Under the pieces are notes generated by a model, which saw only the letters and a list, made by a program, of their open reading frames with translations, searched no databases and was not told where the DNA came from. From positions 32,001 through 96,000 of IMG/VR virus record IMGVR_UViG_3300005731_000013: a stretch of 64,000 bases of DNA; one strand, 5' to 3'. Of this stretch, positions 29,856 through 41,213 are shown one piece after another (position 1 is the first letter of the stretch; every line of letters starts with the position of its first letter). Source of the DNA: a virus. A program made the translations under genes and the position numbers.

Positions 29856-31208
29856 ATGCAGCATTTTTATGATGAATCTATTAGACGATACTTATTGCAA
29901 TTTGTCAGAATCTTTGGTTCATTCACTGTCCAAAAAGGCAAGGATGTCCAAGGAAATCCAGTTTATGAATCTGTGCCTGCACGATATGGTGACATGAGCC
30001 GCAATGTAGGTCACATTTTGAAAAACAATAGTGAAAATACATTGAATGCTGTTCCTTTTATTAGCTGTTATGTTAACAATTTAGAAATGAATGCTGATTT
30101 ACGACGCTACCCACAATTTCAAGAAACATTACAGGTGATTGAAAAGGAATTTGATGAAAATCAACACAAATATGTTGATGAACCTGGTCAGAGTTATGAT
30201 GTGACACGTTACCAACCTGTGCCATATATGTTAACTATGACTGTCGATATATGGACAAGCAACACTGATCAGAAGTTACAACTATTAGAACAGATCCTCG
30301 TATTATTTAACCCAGGCATAAATTTACACACTAATCAAAATACACTTGATTGGACAAGTTTAACATATTGTGAATTGACCAGCACTAATTGGTCAAGTAG
30401 AACTATGCCATCAGGGACTGACACTGTGATTGATGTCGCAACATTAACTTTTGAAATTCCAATCTTTATCAATCCACCAGTGCGTGTCCAACGAATGAAT
30501 ATTATCCAAACAATATTAACTAAAATGCATACATTGGATTTAGTTGATTTTGAGACATGGTCAATCGACGACCTTACCCCTGACTCACCAAATTTTGTCA
30601 TTACAACATTAGAAGATTTTTGGCTTAAATTTGAAGATGGAGATGCATTGTTATTAAAATCTGATGGATCTGACCAAGGCGGGGATGGTTCTATTCTGAA
30701 TTGGAACGATGATGTGTTTACAGCATATGGCGAGCTACGCCCAGGAATCAGCCAGATACGCTTACGACAAGGCGGTGACGTTACTGATCCAACAAATGAT
30801 GTTATAGGGACTATCGACTATCACCCTACCAATACACAAATGTTATCTGTTACTATTGATACTGATACTTTACCTTCTAACACACAAACTGCTATCAATG
30901 CAATCATTAATCCTCAATCAAATTATCCTGGTGATGGAACATTAGATGCTGCAATTAGTGGCCAACGATATTTGATATTAGATGAAATTCCAACAGGCGG
31001 GGCTTGGGGGAATATAATCGCTAATACCAATGATATAATTGAATATAATGGATCAAATTGGGTCGTAAGCTTTGACGCCAAAGCCAATAATGATACAGAA
31101 TATGTGACCAATCTTGCTACGTCAGATCAATTTGAATGGTCTGGTTCCTATTGGCAAAACAGTTATGAAGGCATATACAGAGAAGGCTGGTGGCGCTTAT
31201 ACATTTAA
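29856..31208 (+). CDS. gp15: Tail terminator / sheath stabiliser gp15 with C-terminal extension
   Basis: HFYD.SIRRY, VPARYG, PVPY, QLLEQILVLFNP. Confidence 0.82.
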   Translation: MQHFYDESIRRYLLQFVRIFGSFTVQKGKDVQGNPVYESVPARYGDMSRNVGHILKNNSENTLNAVPFISCYVNNLEMNADLRRYPQFQETLQVIEKEFDENQHKYVDEPGQSYDVTRYQPVPYMLTMTVDIWTSNTDQKLQLLEQILVLFNPGINLHTNQNTLDWTSLTYCELTSTNWSSRTMPSGTDTVIDVATLTFEIPIFINPPVRVQRMNIIQTILTKMHTLDLVDFETWSIDDLTPDSPNFVITTLEDFWLKFEDGDALLLKSDGSDQGGDGSILNWNDDVFTAYGELRPGISQIRLRQGGDVTDPTNDVIGTIDYHPTNTQMLSVTIDTDTLPSNTQTAINAIINPQSNYPGDGTLDAAISGQRYLILDEIPTGGAWGNIIANTNDIIEYNGSNWVVSFDAKANNDTEYVTNLATSDQFEWSGSYWQNSYEGIYREGWWRLYI

Positions 31209-31219
31209 TAAATAAATGT

Positions 31220-33130
31220 ATGAAGACACTACATGAATTATATCATAAACGATCATTGCGTATGAGTGAAATATCTCATTTAGATCTTACGTTATTGCCA
31301 CCAAATATCACTAATTTAAAATCTGCCAGACAAATCGTATGGCATTTATATCATCAAATATATAATATTCCGTCTTGCAAACACCCTAATTGTTCTGAAA
31401 ATGCAAAATGGCATCGATCGTATTATGGTAAATTCTGTTCTAAAAAATGTTCAGCATCTGACCCATCTACTATTACAAAAGCACAAACTACAATTATTAA
31501 TAGATATGGAAGTCACAAGCCATTAATTGAAAAAAGTGCAGCAAAACGGAAACAAACAAATTTAGAGAGATATGGTGTTGAAAATCCTTGGGGTAACAAG
31601 TCTGTCAGAGAAAAAATCACAGCGACAAACTTAGAACGTTACGATGTTGAAAATGCTGGCGGCACAGAAATATCACAATTGAAGGCGCAGCATACTAAAC
31701 AAGAGAAGTATGGCGATAAATTTTACAACAACCGACATCAAGCAAAAAAGACAAATTTAGAGAGATATGGAACTGAACATGCGTCACAATGTGATCGTGT
31801 AAAAGAAAAAACTGCAAATACATTTAATACAAAACATGATGGAATATTTCATAATTCGCCATCGATTTCTGAAAAAATTAAAAATACAAAATTAGAAAAA
31901 TATAATGATGAATCATATTCTAATCGTGAGAAAGCTATACAAACTAATTTAGAAAAATATGGTCATTCTAATGTTATGAATTGTCCTGCAATAAAACTAT
32001 CCCATACAAATAAAATGAATGAAGATGACGTCAAGTGCCGTCGTGCAAAAACAATGATTGAACGATATGGCGTATCAAATTTTCAATATATGCACATAGC
32101 ACATGATGATATTGCAGTCTTGACTAACCGCAAATCATTCATTGATTTTTGTAATAATAAAACAATATCAGAAATTAGTAGTTTATTAAATGTTCATCCG
32201 AGTACAATATATAATAAAATCATCAATTTTGATTGTAAAGACGATGTTAATATTGTTAAAGATCATAGCTTATTTGAAATACAAATTGCAAATTTTCTAA
32301 CTTCTTTAGATGTTAAATTTATTCAAAATACTAGACAAGAAATCAAACCATATGAGCTTGATTTTTATTTGCCTGATTATAATATAGCTATTGAATGCAA
32401 TGGCGATTATTGGCATAGTGATATTTTTAAATCAAGAAAATACCACTATAACAAATGGCAAAAATGTGTAGATGCTGGTATTCATCTGTTGTCCTTAGGA
32501 GAATCAGACTGGTATATGAATAATGAGCTATTTAAAAATTTAATCAAATCAAAATTGCATCTTGTCAATACATCCGTCGGTGCCCGCAACTGTGTTATTA
32601 AACGTGTAAATACAAATGAAGTATCACAATTTGTGAATAAACACCATTTACAAGGTCATGCTATTGGAACTCATACATATGCAGCATATGATAAACAAAA
32701 CAATTTGGTTGGTGTAATGATTTTTGGCTGGACACGAGGTTCAAAGCAATCTAGGAGATTTGAACTCAAACGTTGGGTCACTATACCGAACGTTAAGTTT
32801 CCAGGGCTATTCAGTAAAATATTCAAATTTGCACAAAATGATATAGGGTTTAAAGAAGTGATTTCATTTTCAGACAATCGTTGGTTCGCTGGTGATGTAT
32901 ATCATCTTAATAATTTTGAATGTATAAAAACACACCATCCCAATTATTATTATGTGTTAAATGGAAAATCATATCACAAACAAATGTTCATGAAATCAAA
33001 CATCAAGAAAAATTTCAATTTCTTAGCTGAAAGTATTGATAACGGTATGACTGAATTAGAAGCAACTAGAGAGTTAGGTGCGCTTAAAATATGGGATTGT
33101 GGTAAAATAGAATGGAAATGGAGTTTGTAA
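31220..33130 (+). mobile_element. Hef/Vsr-like endonuclease-GNAT, copy 4 (most repeats)
   Basis: FCSKKC, about nine T(N/K)LERYG-type repeats, ELDFYLPDYNIAIECNGDYWHS, WDCGKIEW. Confidence 0.85.
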
Positions 33131-33561
33131 TGACGATCAATGCTAGTGGATGTATTCTGTTAAGTGAAGATACAAAACGAATTTTATTGCAATTGCGCTC
33201 ACCAGACCGCAAAGGCAAAAATTATTGGGGTTTCTGGGGAGGAAGCAAAGAACATGATGAATTGCCTATACAAACTATTGAACGGGAATTAAATGAAGAA
33301 CTAGGATTATCTCCAAATATAACTAAGTTCTATCCATTACATAAAATGGTAAGCAATGATGAATCTTTTGAGTACAATACATTTTTAGCAACCGTTCCTC
33401 ATGAATTTACTCCCATTATTAATCATGAAAGTGAAGGATATGCTTGGGTAAATTATGATAGATACCCTGTTCCATTACATCCTGGTGCTAAATTAGTATT
33501 GCAAAATCCAAGAATTATCAGCAAAATAAAAACAATTGTAACTCAAATATCAAACAAATAA
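33130..33561 (+). CDS. NUDIX hydrolase
   Basis: Nudix box GG...E......RELNEELG. Confidence 0.85.
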   Translation: MTINASGCILLSEDTKRILLQLRSPDRKGKNYWGFWGGSKEHDELPIQTIERELNEELGLSPNITKFYPLHKMVSNDESFEYNTFLATVPHEFTPIINHESEGYAWVNYDRYPVPLHPGAKLVLQNPRIISKIKTIVTQISNK

Positions 33562-33573
33562 TATTAATGGGTG

Positions 33574-35145
33574 TTATCTTCTTAACACCCATTTTCTCTT
33601 TCCACAATCCCAAAGTTTCAATAACCCGATACTTTTACAAATTTCTTTTTCAGTTAAATTTGAATCATATCCTTTAGCCACTAGTTTTTGTTTTGAGTAA
33701 TTAAATCTATGCATCAATTTTTCTTCTTTTGGATGGATATACCAATAACTCACTGGTATATCTTTTTCTAATTCAAATCCTAAAGCAGAGTACAATGCTC
33801 CATTACTCCATTCATTGTTGCTATAAGAAAACACATCTTCATCAGGATATTCATTCAAAAATTTTGATAACAATTTGCTTGCTCCACCAACTATTCGTTT
33901 CTTACTAGCATATCGAACTAATTCAAATTGATCTGTTTTGTTTCCAATCGCGATCCTTGATTTTGAAAATGTCATTACTGCTTGCATTTCGTCACCATCA
34001 AATAATGCATAACATAATGACGCAGGGGTATATCCTTGAATATGATTATTATTCAAAAAATCTTTTGTGTCTTTTGATTTTACTTTTTTAAATTCTAATT
34101 TTCTTGCATACACTGATTCTGATGACATTTGCAATTTATTTTTAATTGTATTTTTTACCACATCTTTTTTTGTATTCCAAAAATTAGAAAATATAGTGAT
34201 CAGTTGTATTCCTAGTTGTTCAGCTTCATCAAATTTTTGTTTATGATAATTTCGACTAATATGTTGAATGTCTTCGTGATGCCAATATATTCCATTGAAT
34301 TCTATTGCGATGTTATAATCTGGCAAATATATATCTAATTCCTTACGTGATGGCAATATAGATCTACTATTTTGGATAATCCTGTCAACCCCTAGACTTT
34401 TAAGGTAATTTACTATTTCGACTTCATATGAACTTTGAAATGGATTTCGAAGTTTGTGCTTGTTTAGGTAATGATATACCGTCTGAATATGAACATTTAA
34501 TTCTACAGCAATTTCAGGAATAGTTTTTTCCTGAAATAATTTTTTAAGTTCATCTGGATTATATAATGTTTCTAAATCTTTTTCTGGAAAAAATGATTTC
34601 CAGAAATCTTGTGATTTTTGATTCCATGTAGTTTTTATTTGTGCTGCATTGTTGTAATTTGGATCACCATATCGTTTTGTCTTAGTGCTTTTAACTTTAT
34701 CAACAATTTCTTTTACTTTACATTCATCATTATATAACTCTTGATGTTTTTTTCTAGCCGATTCAGTTTGCCCATTATTATAAACACCATATTTTTCAAA
34801 TGTTGTTTGCTTCCGCTTTTTAGTAATTGCTGCTTTTTTTTCGTCATTAAAGTCTTGCTTGGTTTTTGATATAGATTTTGACATTTGATTAGCAACACAT
34901 TTACATTTAGATGGGCGACCGCAATTGCCAAATCCATCAGTTATATTTGTAAACTTTTTTATATTACCAAATTGACATCTATTAGATACTTTATATAATG
35001 AACTATAAATATGCTCAGATAATTTTGCATCTTCTTCTAAAAGTGAATTGGATAATATCCAAGTATGTAATGCTTTATCTTTTTTGGCCATCCTTGTATA
35101 ATGTTTTGGGTATTCTGATATCATTGATATTAACTTGTCACGCAT
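33574..35145 (-). mobile_element. Hef/Vsr-like endonuclease-GNAT, copy 5
   Basis: ELDIYLPDYNIAIEFNGIYWH, VYARK, ELVRY, GGASKL, LWDCGK; own ATAAATA just after the gp23 terminator. Confidence 0.85.
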
Positions 35146-35197
35146 TTATTGATCCATATATATTTGAGGCTGTAATGTAACTAAGTTTATTTATCAT

Positions 35198-35227
35198 AAA
35201 AAAATGACGGCTAAAAAGCCGTCATTT
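35198..35227 (-). terminator. Terminator after the major capsid gene
   Basis: aaatgacggct/agccgtcattt stem with a T-run on the minus strand. Confidence 0.8.
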
Positions 35228-35254
35228 AAAAAGTTTATATATGTTGAACTTAAA

Positions 35255-36415
35255 TTAAGTAAAGCTCAAGTTACCGCTATTAACGTCTAGACGGTTCAAG
35301 TAGTCAGCAGCATTACCAAGTGATGATGCTTGGTTGCTTAGTTCTACATAACCATAACGTGTCATAAAGCTGACAACTGGTTCAAATGTATCAGGATCAA
35401 GAACTGTTCCTGAGCTCATTAGCGGAATATATGGGCAATAGAATGCTGCGGCATCTGTTTCGTTTGCGCCTTTGTATCCGATAAGGATGTTATCATCAGT
35501 TGCATATTGGTTAACATAAACACGCATTGTGCCGTTAAGTGTTCCAACAAACTTAGTATTAGTAGGTGCTTCGAAAGGACCTTCTGTTGTACGTGCAAAC
35601 GCAGATGTTGTAGCTGCTTGTAGAACTGTTAGCATAGTTGGTGATACAACCATCCAGTTACCTGCGCCACGACGTGTACGTGCTGCAATATCGTTTGCTG
35701 CTTTGTTGATTAGAACTGCAAGAGCAGCATGTTCATCACCAACAAATGTTGCTGTTCCGCTAACCGCTGCTTGGTCATAAGTAGAAGTTGCTGGACCTGC
35801 AAGTGAACGTAGAGATGCTAGGATCTCTTGGTCAATTTCAGCAGTAATTTCTTGTGCCAACGCAGCCATGATTTCAGCTTCAACGTCTAGACCGTGCATT
35901 GATTGTGCATCTTGTGCAGCTTCAAAAGTCCAACGTGCGCTTAGTTTACGTGATTTTGCTTCAACAGTTTGTTTCAATACTTGGATATTCAACTTACGAC
36001 CCGCTTGACCTTCAAGAACTGAAGTTGCGTCTGCACGAGCAGTAGATGCATTACCTGAGTAACCGTTTGCAATTTGGAATGGGCTAAGTGCCTCATCGCC
36101 AGCTGTTGCACCTGCAAAAGTTTCTGCATAACGAACACGTAGAGTGTGAATTTGACCAACTGGGCCAGTCATTGGCTGAACACCAACCAATTCGTTTGCA
36201 ATAACTGTTGGCATAACACGGCGGATAACTGGTAGGATCACTTTGTTAAGTGTCGCAATGTTACCTGCAGATGTTGCACCTGTAGATGCAGATTCAGTAA
36301 GAGCTGTTTTAGTATTTTCTAAAACTGACTCCATAACCATTTTTTTGTTTCCTGTCAAACCGTCAACAAGTGCGTCCTTGGTTGCTGACCAGTTTTCAAA
36401 TAGAACGTCTGCCAT
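35255..36415 (-). CDS. gp23: Major capsid protein gp23
   Basis: GVQPMTGP, EAKSRKL.ARWT.E.AQD, YCPYIPL, TRYG. Confidence 0.97.
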   Translation of the reverse strand: MADVLFENWSATKDALVDGLTGNKKMVMESVLENTKTALTESASTGATSAGNIATLNKVILPVIRRVMPTVIANELVGVQPMTGPVGQIHTLRVRYAETFAGATAGDEALSPFQIANGYSGNASTARADATSVLEGQAGRKLNIQVLKQTVEAKSRKLSARWTFEAAQDAQSMHGLDVEAEIMAALAQEITAEIDQEILASLRSLAGPATSTYDQAAVSGTATFVGDEHAALAVLINKAANDIAARTRRGAGNWMVVSPTMLTVLQAATTSAFARTTEGPFEAPTNTKFVGTLNGTMRVYVNQYATDDNILIGYKGANETDAAAFYCPYIPLMSSGTVLDPDTFEPVVSFMTRYGYVELSNQASSLGNAADYLNRLDVNSGNLSFT

Positions 36416-36428
36416 TTGTAATTCTCCT

Positions 36429-37559
36429 TTAGCTTAGTCCTGCTAATTTCTTGAGTTCAATAATATCAGCTGAGCCGCCAGTCTCTGTCTGGGCGCTCTT
36501 ATTAACTTTGTCACCGTTAATCATACGTTTGTTGTTATGATTTTCAGTAAGTTTAGTTTTGTTAGTTGCTTGTGTCTTAACATCAGTTGTTTCTGATAGA
36601 ACACTTGGAAGATACTTCTTGTATGCAGCTTTCAACTGAGTAGTTTTAACTGATTCAAGTAGTGTTCCCATTAGTTCTTTCTGTCCTTTGTTTAGAGGAC
36701 CAAGCATTTCGCTCATCATCGCCTTGCGTTCACTTAGGTCCATTTGGACTTTTGCCGAGCGCTTTGCTTCTGTTAGAGCTTTGTCTTTTACATTAATTGC
36801 TTCATTTTGTTCAGCAATGTTTTGTTTAAGACCCATAATTTGTTTAGCAAGTTTTGCTACCTGTGTGCTTTCGCTTAAGGCGCTTGTCATATACTCACTA
36901 GCAAAGGATTCGAAGATTTTGCGGCCGAAATTGTTTTCTTTAGCTGTTTGAATGTCTTCACGTAAAGTAGTTAATTCTTTACGCAATACACTTTCAACCA
37001 TTGTTTCAAGTTGTGCGGCACTCTTCTTAATAAAGTTATGTTTTGCTTCTGCAATAACTTTTTGTCCTTCACGAACCATTTTGACTTTTTGCTCTGCAAG
37101 AGCACGTTTGTCATCATGGAATTCATTTAATTCAGTGGTCAATTGACGTAGAACAAATTCTTCCAATTTTCCAAAGTTAGCCTTTTGTGTTTTGCGATCT
37201 TCGCGCAATTCACTAATTTCTTTCGTAAGCATTTCATTAATGAAACTATCCAACATTGCTGCATGTTCCTTGACCGCTTTTTTATAACGGACACGTTCTT
37301 CTGCAACCTTAGCTTTATCCTGTGCGAACTCTTCTAATTCTGTTTTGATAGCTTCCTTTAGCATTACGTCCATTGCTTCAACAATTTGTGACTTATCATT
37401 TTCATAACGGGTCGCAAATTCTTCACGTAATTCAGCGGTTAACTGTTCACGCTCTTCTGCAATACGAACATTAAATGCTTCAGCAAGATCAGTTTTAATG
37501 TCTTCTGAAAGAACTTTGTTTGTGCGTAGAATATCATTAAATGACTTAGGCATATTCAT
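36429..37559 (-). CDS. gp22: Prohead core scaffold protein gp22
   Basis: Coiled-coil protein between the protease and capsid genes; GRKIFESF. Confidence 0.85.
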   Translation of the reverse strand: MNMPKSFNDILRTNKVLSEDIKTDLAEAFNVRIAEEREQLTAELREEFATRYENDKSQIVEAMDVMLKEAIKTELEEFAQDKAKVAEERVRYKKAVKEHAAMLDSFINEMLTKEISELREDRKTQKANFGKLEEFVLRQLTTELNEFHDDKRALAEQKVKMVREGQKVIAEAKHNFIKKSAAQLETMVESVLRKELTTLREDIQTAKENNFGRKIFESFASEYMTSALSESTQVAKLAKQIMGLKQNIAEQNEAINVKDKALTEAKRSAKVQMDLSERKAMMSEMLGPLNKGQKELMGTLLESVKTTQLKAAYKKYLPSVLSETTDVKTQATNKTKLTENHNNKRMINGDKVNKSAQTETGGSADIIELKKLAGLS

Positions 37560-38191
37560 TTTCTCCCTAGGTCTTGAATAAATCGAATCATCTCTTCTTT
37601 GAGATACTTCTGTGCGGTGGTGTCATGTTGCACATTAGATGCAACGTCCCAAATACTGTTTCCTCTATTATGATTCATTATTTGTTCATAAATTGGATCC
37701 GGATATGCATCCGGAGCACTTGGGTTCGCTACGATATCAACCGTAATAATTTCAAAATCTGCTACATTGCCAGATCCATCAACGTTACCGCTACCACGTG
37801 AACTAACACCTAGTTTTACACCATTTTCCAATAGTGTTTTACATATGTCACCCATCGGTGTAGGTAACATTTTTAGTTTTCCTATACCGTCTTGTCCTTG
37901 CATATCAATGTCAACAATCATATGCGAGACACGGTCTAGGTTAATATTCAAATCATCTGGATGATCTGCTTCACCAAGGACGGTGAACCCACCGGAAATC
38001 TTCTCTTTAAGTGATTTAACAGCACTTGCGATTTCATTTACCGGATAAACTCTTTGGTTTTGGTTTTTCACTCCACCTTGGATGAATATACCACGCATAT
38101 ACAGATCTTTACCACCAGAGTCATTAGTATGACTCTCAGTAGTAATTGATGCTGCATTTGGTGCAATAACTTCTCTTAGTGGTGTAAACAT
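37556..38191 (-). CDS. gp21: Prohead protease gp21
   Basis: NQNQRVYP, GEADHP, GVSSRG.G, DIVANPSAPDA. Confidence 0.95.
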   Translation of the reverse strand: MFTPLREVIAPNAASITTESHTNDSGGKDLYMRGIFIQGGVKNQNQRVYPVNEIASAVKSLKEKISGGFTVLGEADHPDDLNINLDRVSHMIVDIDMQGQDGIGKLKMLPTPMGDICKTLLENGVKLGVSSRGSGNVDGSGNVADFEIITVDIVANPSAPDAYPDPIYEQIMNHNRGNSIWDVASNVQHDTTAQKYLKEEMIRFIQDLGRK

Positions 38192-38201
38192 TTATTGTCC
38201 T

Positions 38202-39020
38202 TTAGCTTCCAAGATTCGATTTTGATTTTTCACTTGTGTTGCTTGGTTTAGCAACAGTCTTATCAAATTTACCGCCTTGGTCTTGTGGGCCAGTTACATT
38301 CATCTTTTTAGCTGAATTACCTTTACCACCTTTTTCATCTGAACCGCCTGCAAAATTAACTGCTTTTGCATGTCCGTTGCTTAGATCTGGTTGGTTTTGT
38401 TTGACAGGAGATGCTTTACCATCTTCGTCACCTGACATTGTTACGTTGCCATGCTTCTTAAGAACTGCGCTTTCACCCAAGTCTTCATCATCCATGTCTT
38501 CATCAGTGTCGATTTCCATATCGTCAAATTCATCTGCAACTTCATCGTCCATGCCGTCGTCAGCTGCATCATCACCCATAAGGTCTGCAAATGCTGCTTT
38601 AAGCTCAGCCATTGCATCTTCAACATTGACCATTGCATCTTCAACATTATCATCAGTATCGAATTCATCAGATTCTAAACCGTCATCCATCTCGTCGTCC
38701 ATGTCCATGTCCATCTCGCCTTCGAGATCATCCATAGCATCAACTTCGTCATCTTCACCAAAATATTCTTCAGTATCGATTTCATCTTCAATTGTTTCTA
38801 AATCATCAGCAAAATCATCAGTCTCGTCACTGATGTCAATGCTTTCATCTAGATCATCATCTAACTCTAATTCGTCTTCAACTGAAGCGTCATCTTCTGC
38901 CAAATCTGCATAAATTTCGCGAGCTGATTCAATTAGGTGCTCATGTAACATTTCACTAGCAAGATCACTCTCACCATTAACCATGTACTCAAGCACTTTT
39001 TCAAGTTTTGATTTTGTCAT
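38202..39020 (-). CDS. Highly acidic prohead core protein
   Basis: D/E-rich 272-aa ORF between the portal and protease genes. Confidence 0.65.
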   Translation of the reverse strand: MTKSKLEKVLEYMVNGESDLASEMLHEHLIESAREIYADLAEDDASVEDELELDDDLDESIDISDETDDFADDLETIEDEIDTEEYFGEDDEVDAMDDLEGEMDMDMDDEMDDGLESDEFDTDDNVEDAMVNVEDAMAELKAAFADLMGDDAADDGMDDEVADEFDDMEIDTDEDMDDEDLGESAVLKKHGNVTMSGDEDGKASPVKQNQPDLSNGHAKAVNFAGGSDEKGGKGNSAKKMNVTGPQDQGGKFDKTVAKPSNTSEKSKSNLGS

Positions 39021-39166
39021 TTCACACTCCTAATAGTCCTTCGTAGAACATTATGTTTTGTTTTACTTCAATACTATTTACAAAACAAAACACATTACCT
39101 ATAAAAAAGGCACAAAAAAAGCAAAAAAACGCACTTAATTCTTATCACAGTGATGATAAGTAATCG

Positions 39167-39370
39167 TTATTCTTCTGCTTTGCTTCCATAGATATATGCC
39201 ACGTCATCAATACGCTGTTTTTGTTCTAAATCTTCAATACTTCGTGTTTTACGAAGTTTATGCAAATGCCATAATGTAATACGTGGCCTACGTTTATGAT
39301 CAATGTTAACTACAGAATAATCATCATCTGCCTCATCATACATTTCTGTTATAAATTCACGACTTTTCAT
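39167..39370 (-). CDS. Small head-associated protein
   Basis: MKSREFITE N-terminus; directly after the portal gene. Confidence 0.6.
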   Translation of the reverse strand: MKSREFITEMYDEADDDYSVVNIDHKRRPRITLWHLHKLRKTRSIEDLEQKQRIDDVAYIYGSKAEE

Positions 39371-39372
39371 TT

Positions 39373-41079
39373 TTAATCCTTAGTTGTATCTTGTCCGCCA
39401 TCAATCAATGATTCGTCACCCATATCACCGTCAATGTCATCGCCCATGTCATCATCAAACTCAAAATCGTCCAAAGAACCATCCATGCCACCAGTAACAC
39501 CTACGTTTCCAAGATCACTAAATTCACTGCTATCTGTTTCATCTGATGTGTTGCCATCTATAGGGTTCTCTTGTTTCCACAATTTTTCATTTTCAAGAAT
39601 TTCGTCTTCATTCAATTGTAGATATTTTTTAAGAACAAAACGTTTGCTCATATATTCAATATCATCTACCTGTCTAAATACACTTGCTCTTGCACTGTTT
39701 ATTTCAATTTCACGATAATCACTGAAACTTTGTGGTTCTACAAAATCTAATTCAAATTGACTTGAATCGATTTGGTATCCACGATGTTTAACAAACATTT
39801 TAAATTCTTTATCAAACACTGGCTGAACAATGCGTTGTAATCGTCTACAATATTGTGTAAATCTATACTCTTGAATGAATGCAGTCCCGACTCTACCATC
39901 ATTAAACGTAGCAGAACCATCATCAGGACCTGTAGGCAAATAACTTGATGGGACTCTAAGTCCTCGTGCTAATTTGTTATTGAAGAATTTCAAATCATCA
40001 ATATCACCTAAACTTTGACCACCAGGTAATGTATCTACTTTTGATCCTCTACCGTCAGCAGTTTGAGCAAAAAAATAATCTTCCATAATTGATAATGGAT
40101 TATACTGTGCATCCATCATATTTGATGCACCACCAGATCTACTTGGAATACGACGTTGGTGTATTTCATTTTTGACACGCTCAACATGTGCCATTGCTTG
40201 GTGACTAGGCATATCACCTACATCAACATAGAAAATTCTACGTTCAGGTGCCCGTTGAACTCTATAAATGATAATCGAATCTTCAAGCAATTCTTTTTGT
40301 TTATATGTTTTGAAAATAGCATCTAAGATACTTGTTCCAAATGGCCAAGCTGTATCCATTCCGTCAGTCAATGCAAAATGAATAACGTGACTTGCATCTA
40401 CTAGAAATTCTGATTCAGCACCAATTCCATATCCGCCTTTACCAATATTAGTAGGTGCCGCGCCTTGGCTGGCTGATGTAGTATTTGGTCCTACTACACC
40501 TGTTGCATAATTGCTTGCATTTGCAGGTGTTGTTGCGTTCAATGTTTGAAAATTTGGATCCAAATTTTTAATAATATATTGTGCAATATCTTTACCATTT
40601 GACTCATCAACAACTGCTCGCATAACATCTGTTGGAGATATATAAAATAATTTCCAAGTTTCAGGATCACGAATAAATGGTTGATCACCATATTTAATAG
40701 TGTTGCGGAATGTATTGAATAATCGACGATTCCAATCATTTACACGACACCATTGCTTTAATACTGTCAACAAAACATCACTTTCAGTTTCAGTCGGACT
40801 ATCATGCCAAGTAATTTTGAAAGGTGTTGCAGTTGCTTCATCTTGTTGAGTTGAAAATTCTGCAATGGTATCCAAACATGTGTTAATTTCACTGTCCATA
40901 TCCATTTGATCGTAGGTCATATAACGTTCTAATCTATTTGGATGCCCTACATATACTTCAGGTAACCAAGACTGATATCTAGATAAATTACTTTTACCAT
41001 TATCAGAACCACGGGTCTTGCCATTGCCTAATGGACTTTGTGTTCCACTATATGTTTGAAAATGCTTCTGCCAGCTCAT
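39373..41079 (-). CDS. gp20: Portal protein gp20
   Basis: LLEDSIIIYRVQRAPERRIFYVDVG, EDYFF, TLPGG, LRVPSS. Confidence 0.96.
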   Translation of the reverse strand: MSWQKHFQTYSGTQSPLGNGKTRGSDNGKSNLSRYQSWLPEVYVGHPNRLERYMTYDQMDMDSEINTCLDTIAEFSTQQDEATATPFKITWHDSPTETESDVLLTVLKQWCRVNDWNRRLFNTFRNTIKYGDQPFIRDPETWKLFYISPTDVMRAVVDESNGKDIAQYIIKNLDPNFQTLNATTPANASNYATGVVGPNTTSASQGAAPTNIGKGGYGIGAESEFLVDASHVIHFALTDGMDTAWPFGTSILDAIFKTYKQKELLEDSIIIYRVQRAPERRIFYVDVGDMPSHQAMAHVERVKNEIHQRRIPSRSGGASNMMDAQYNPLSIMEDYFFAQTADGRGSKVDTLPGGQSLGDIDDLKFFNNKLARGLRVPSSYLPTGPDDGSATFNDGRVGTAFIQEYRFTQYCRRLQRIVQPVFDKEFKMFVKHRGYQIDSSQFELDFVEPQSFSDYREIEINSARASVFRQVDDIEYMSKRFVLKKYLQLNEDEILENEKLWKQENPIDGNTSDETDSSEFSDLGNVGVTGGMDGSLDDFEFDDDMGDDIDGDMGDESLIDGGQDTTKD

Positions 41080-41213
41080 AAAATATTGTCCTTTTCACTA
41101 TTTATTGGATTGTCACCAACAACATAAAATCTAATAATATTGAAATAAAAGTTGTGATTGTATTCATGATCAATCCATATGGACATATTATTAATATCCG
41201 ATATATAAGGTAT

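Noticed and set aside
38236-38913. Long antisense ORFs (e.g. 38236..38913, 43066..43749, 21065..21604, 5706..6161)
   Set aside because: They are shadows of well-supported genes on the opposite strand, with Ser-rich, low-complexity translations.
39081-39134. Phased A-tracts upstream of the prohead-core late promoter
   Set aside because: May bend DNA, but not distinguishable from background in an AT-rich genome.
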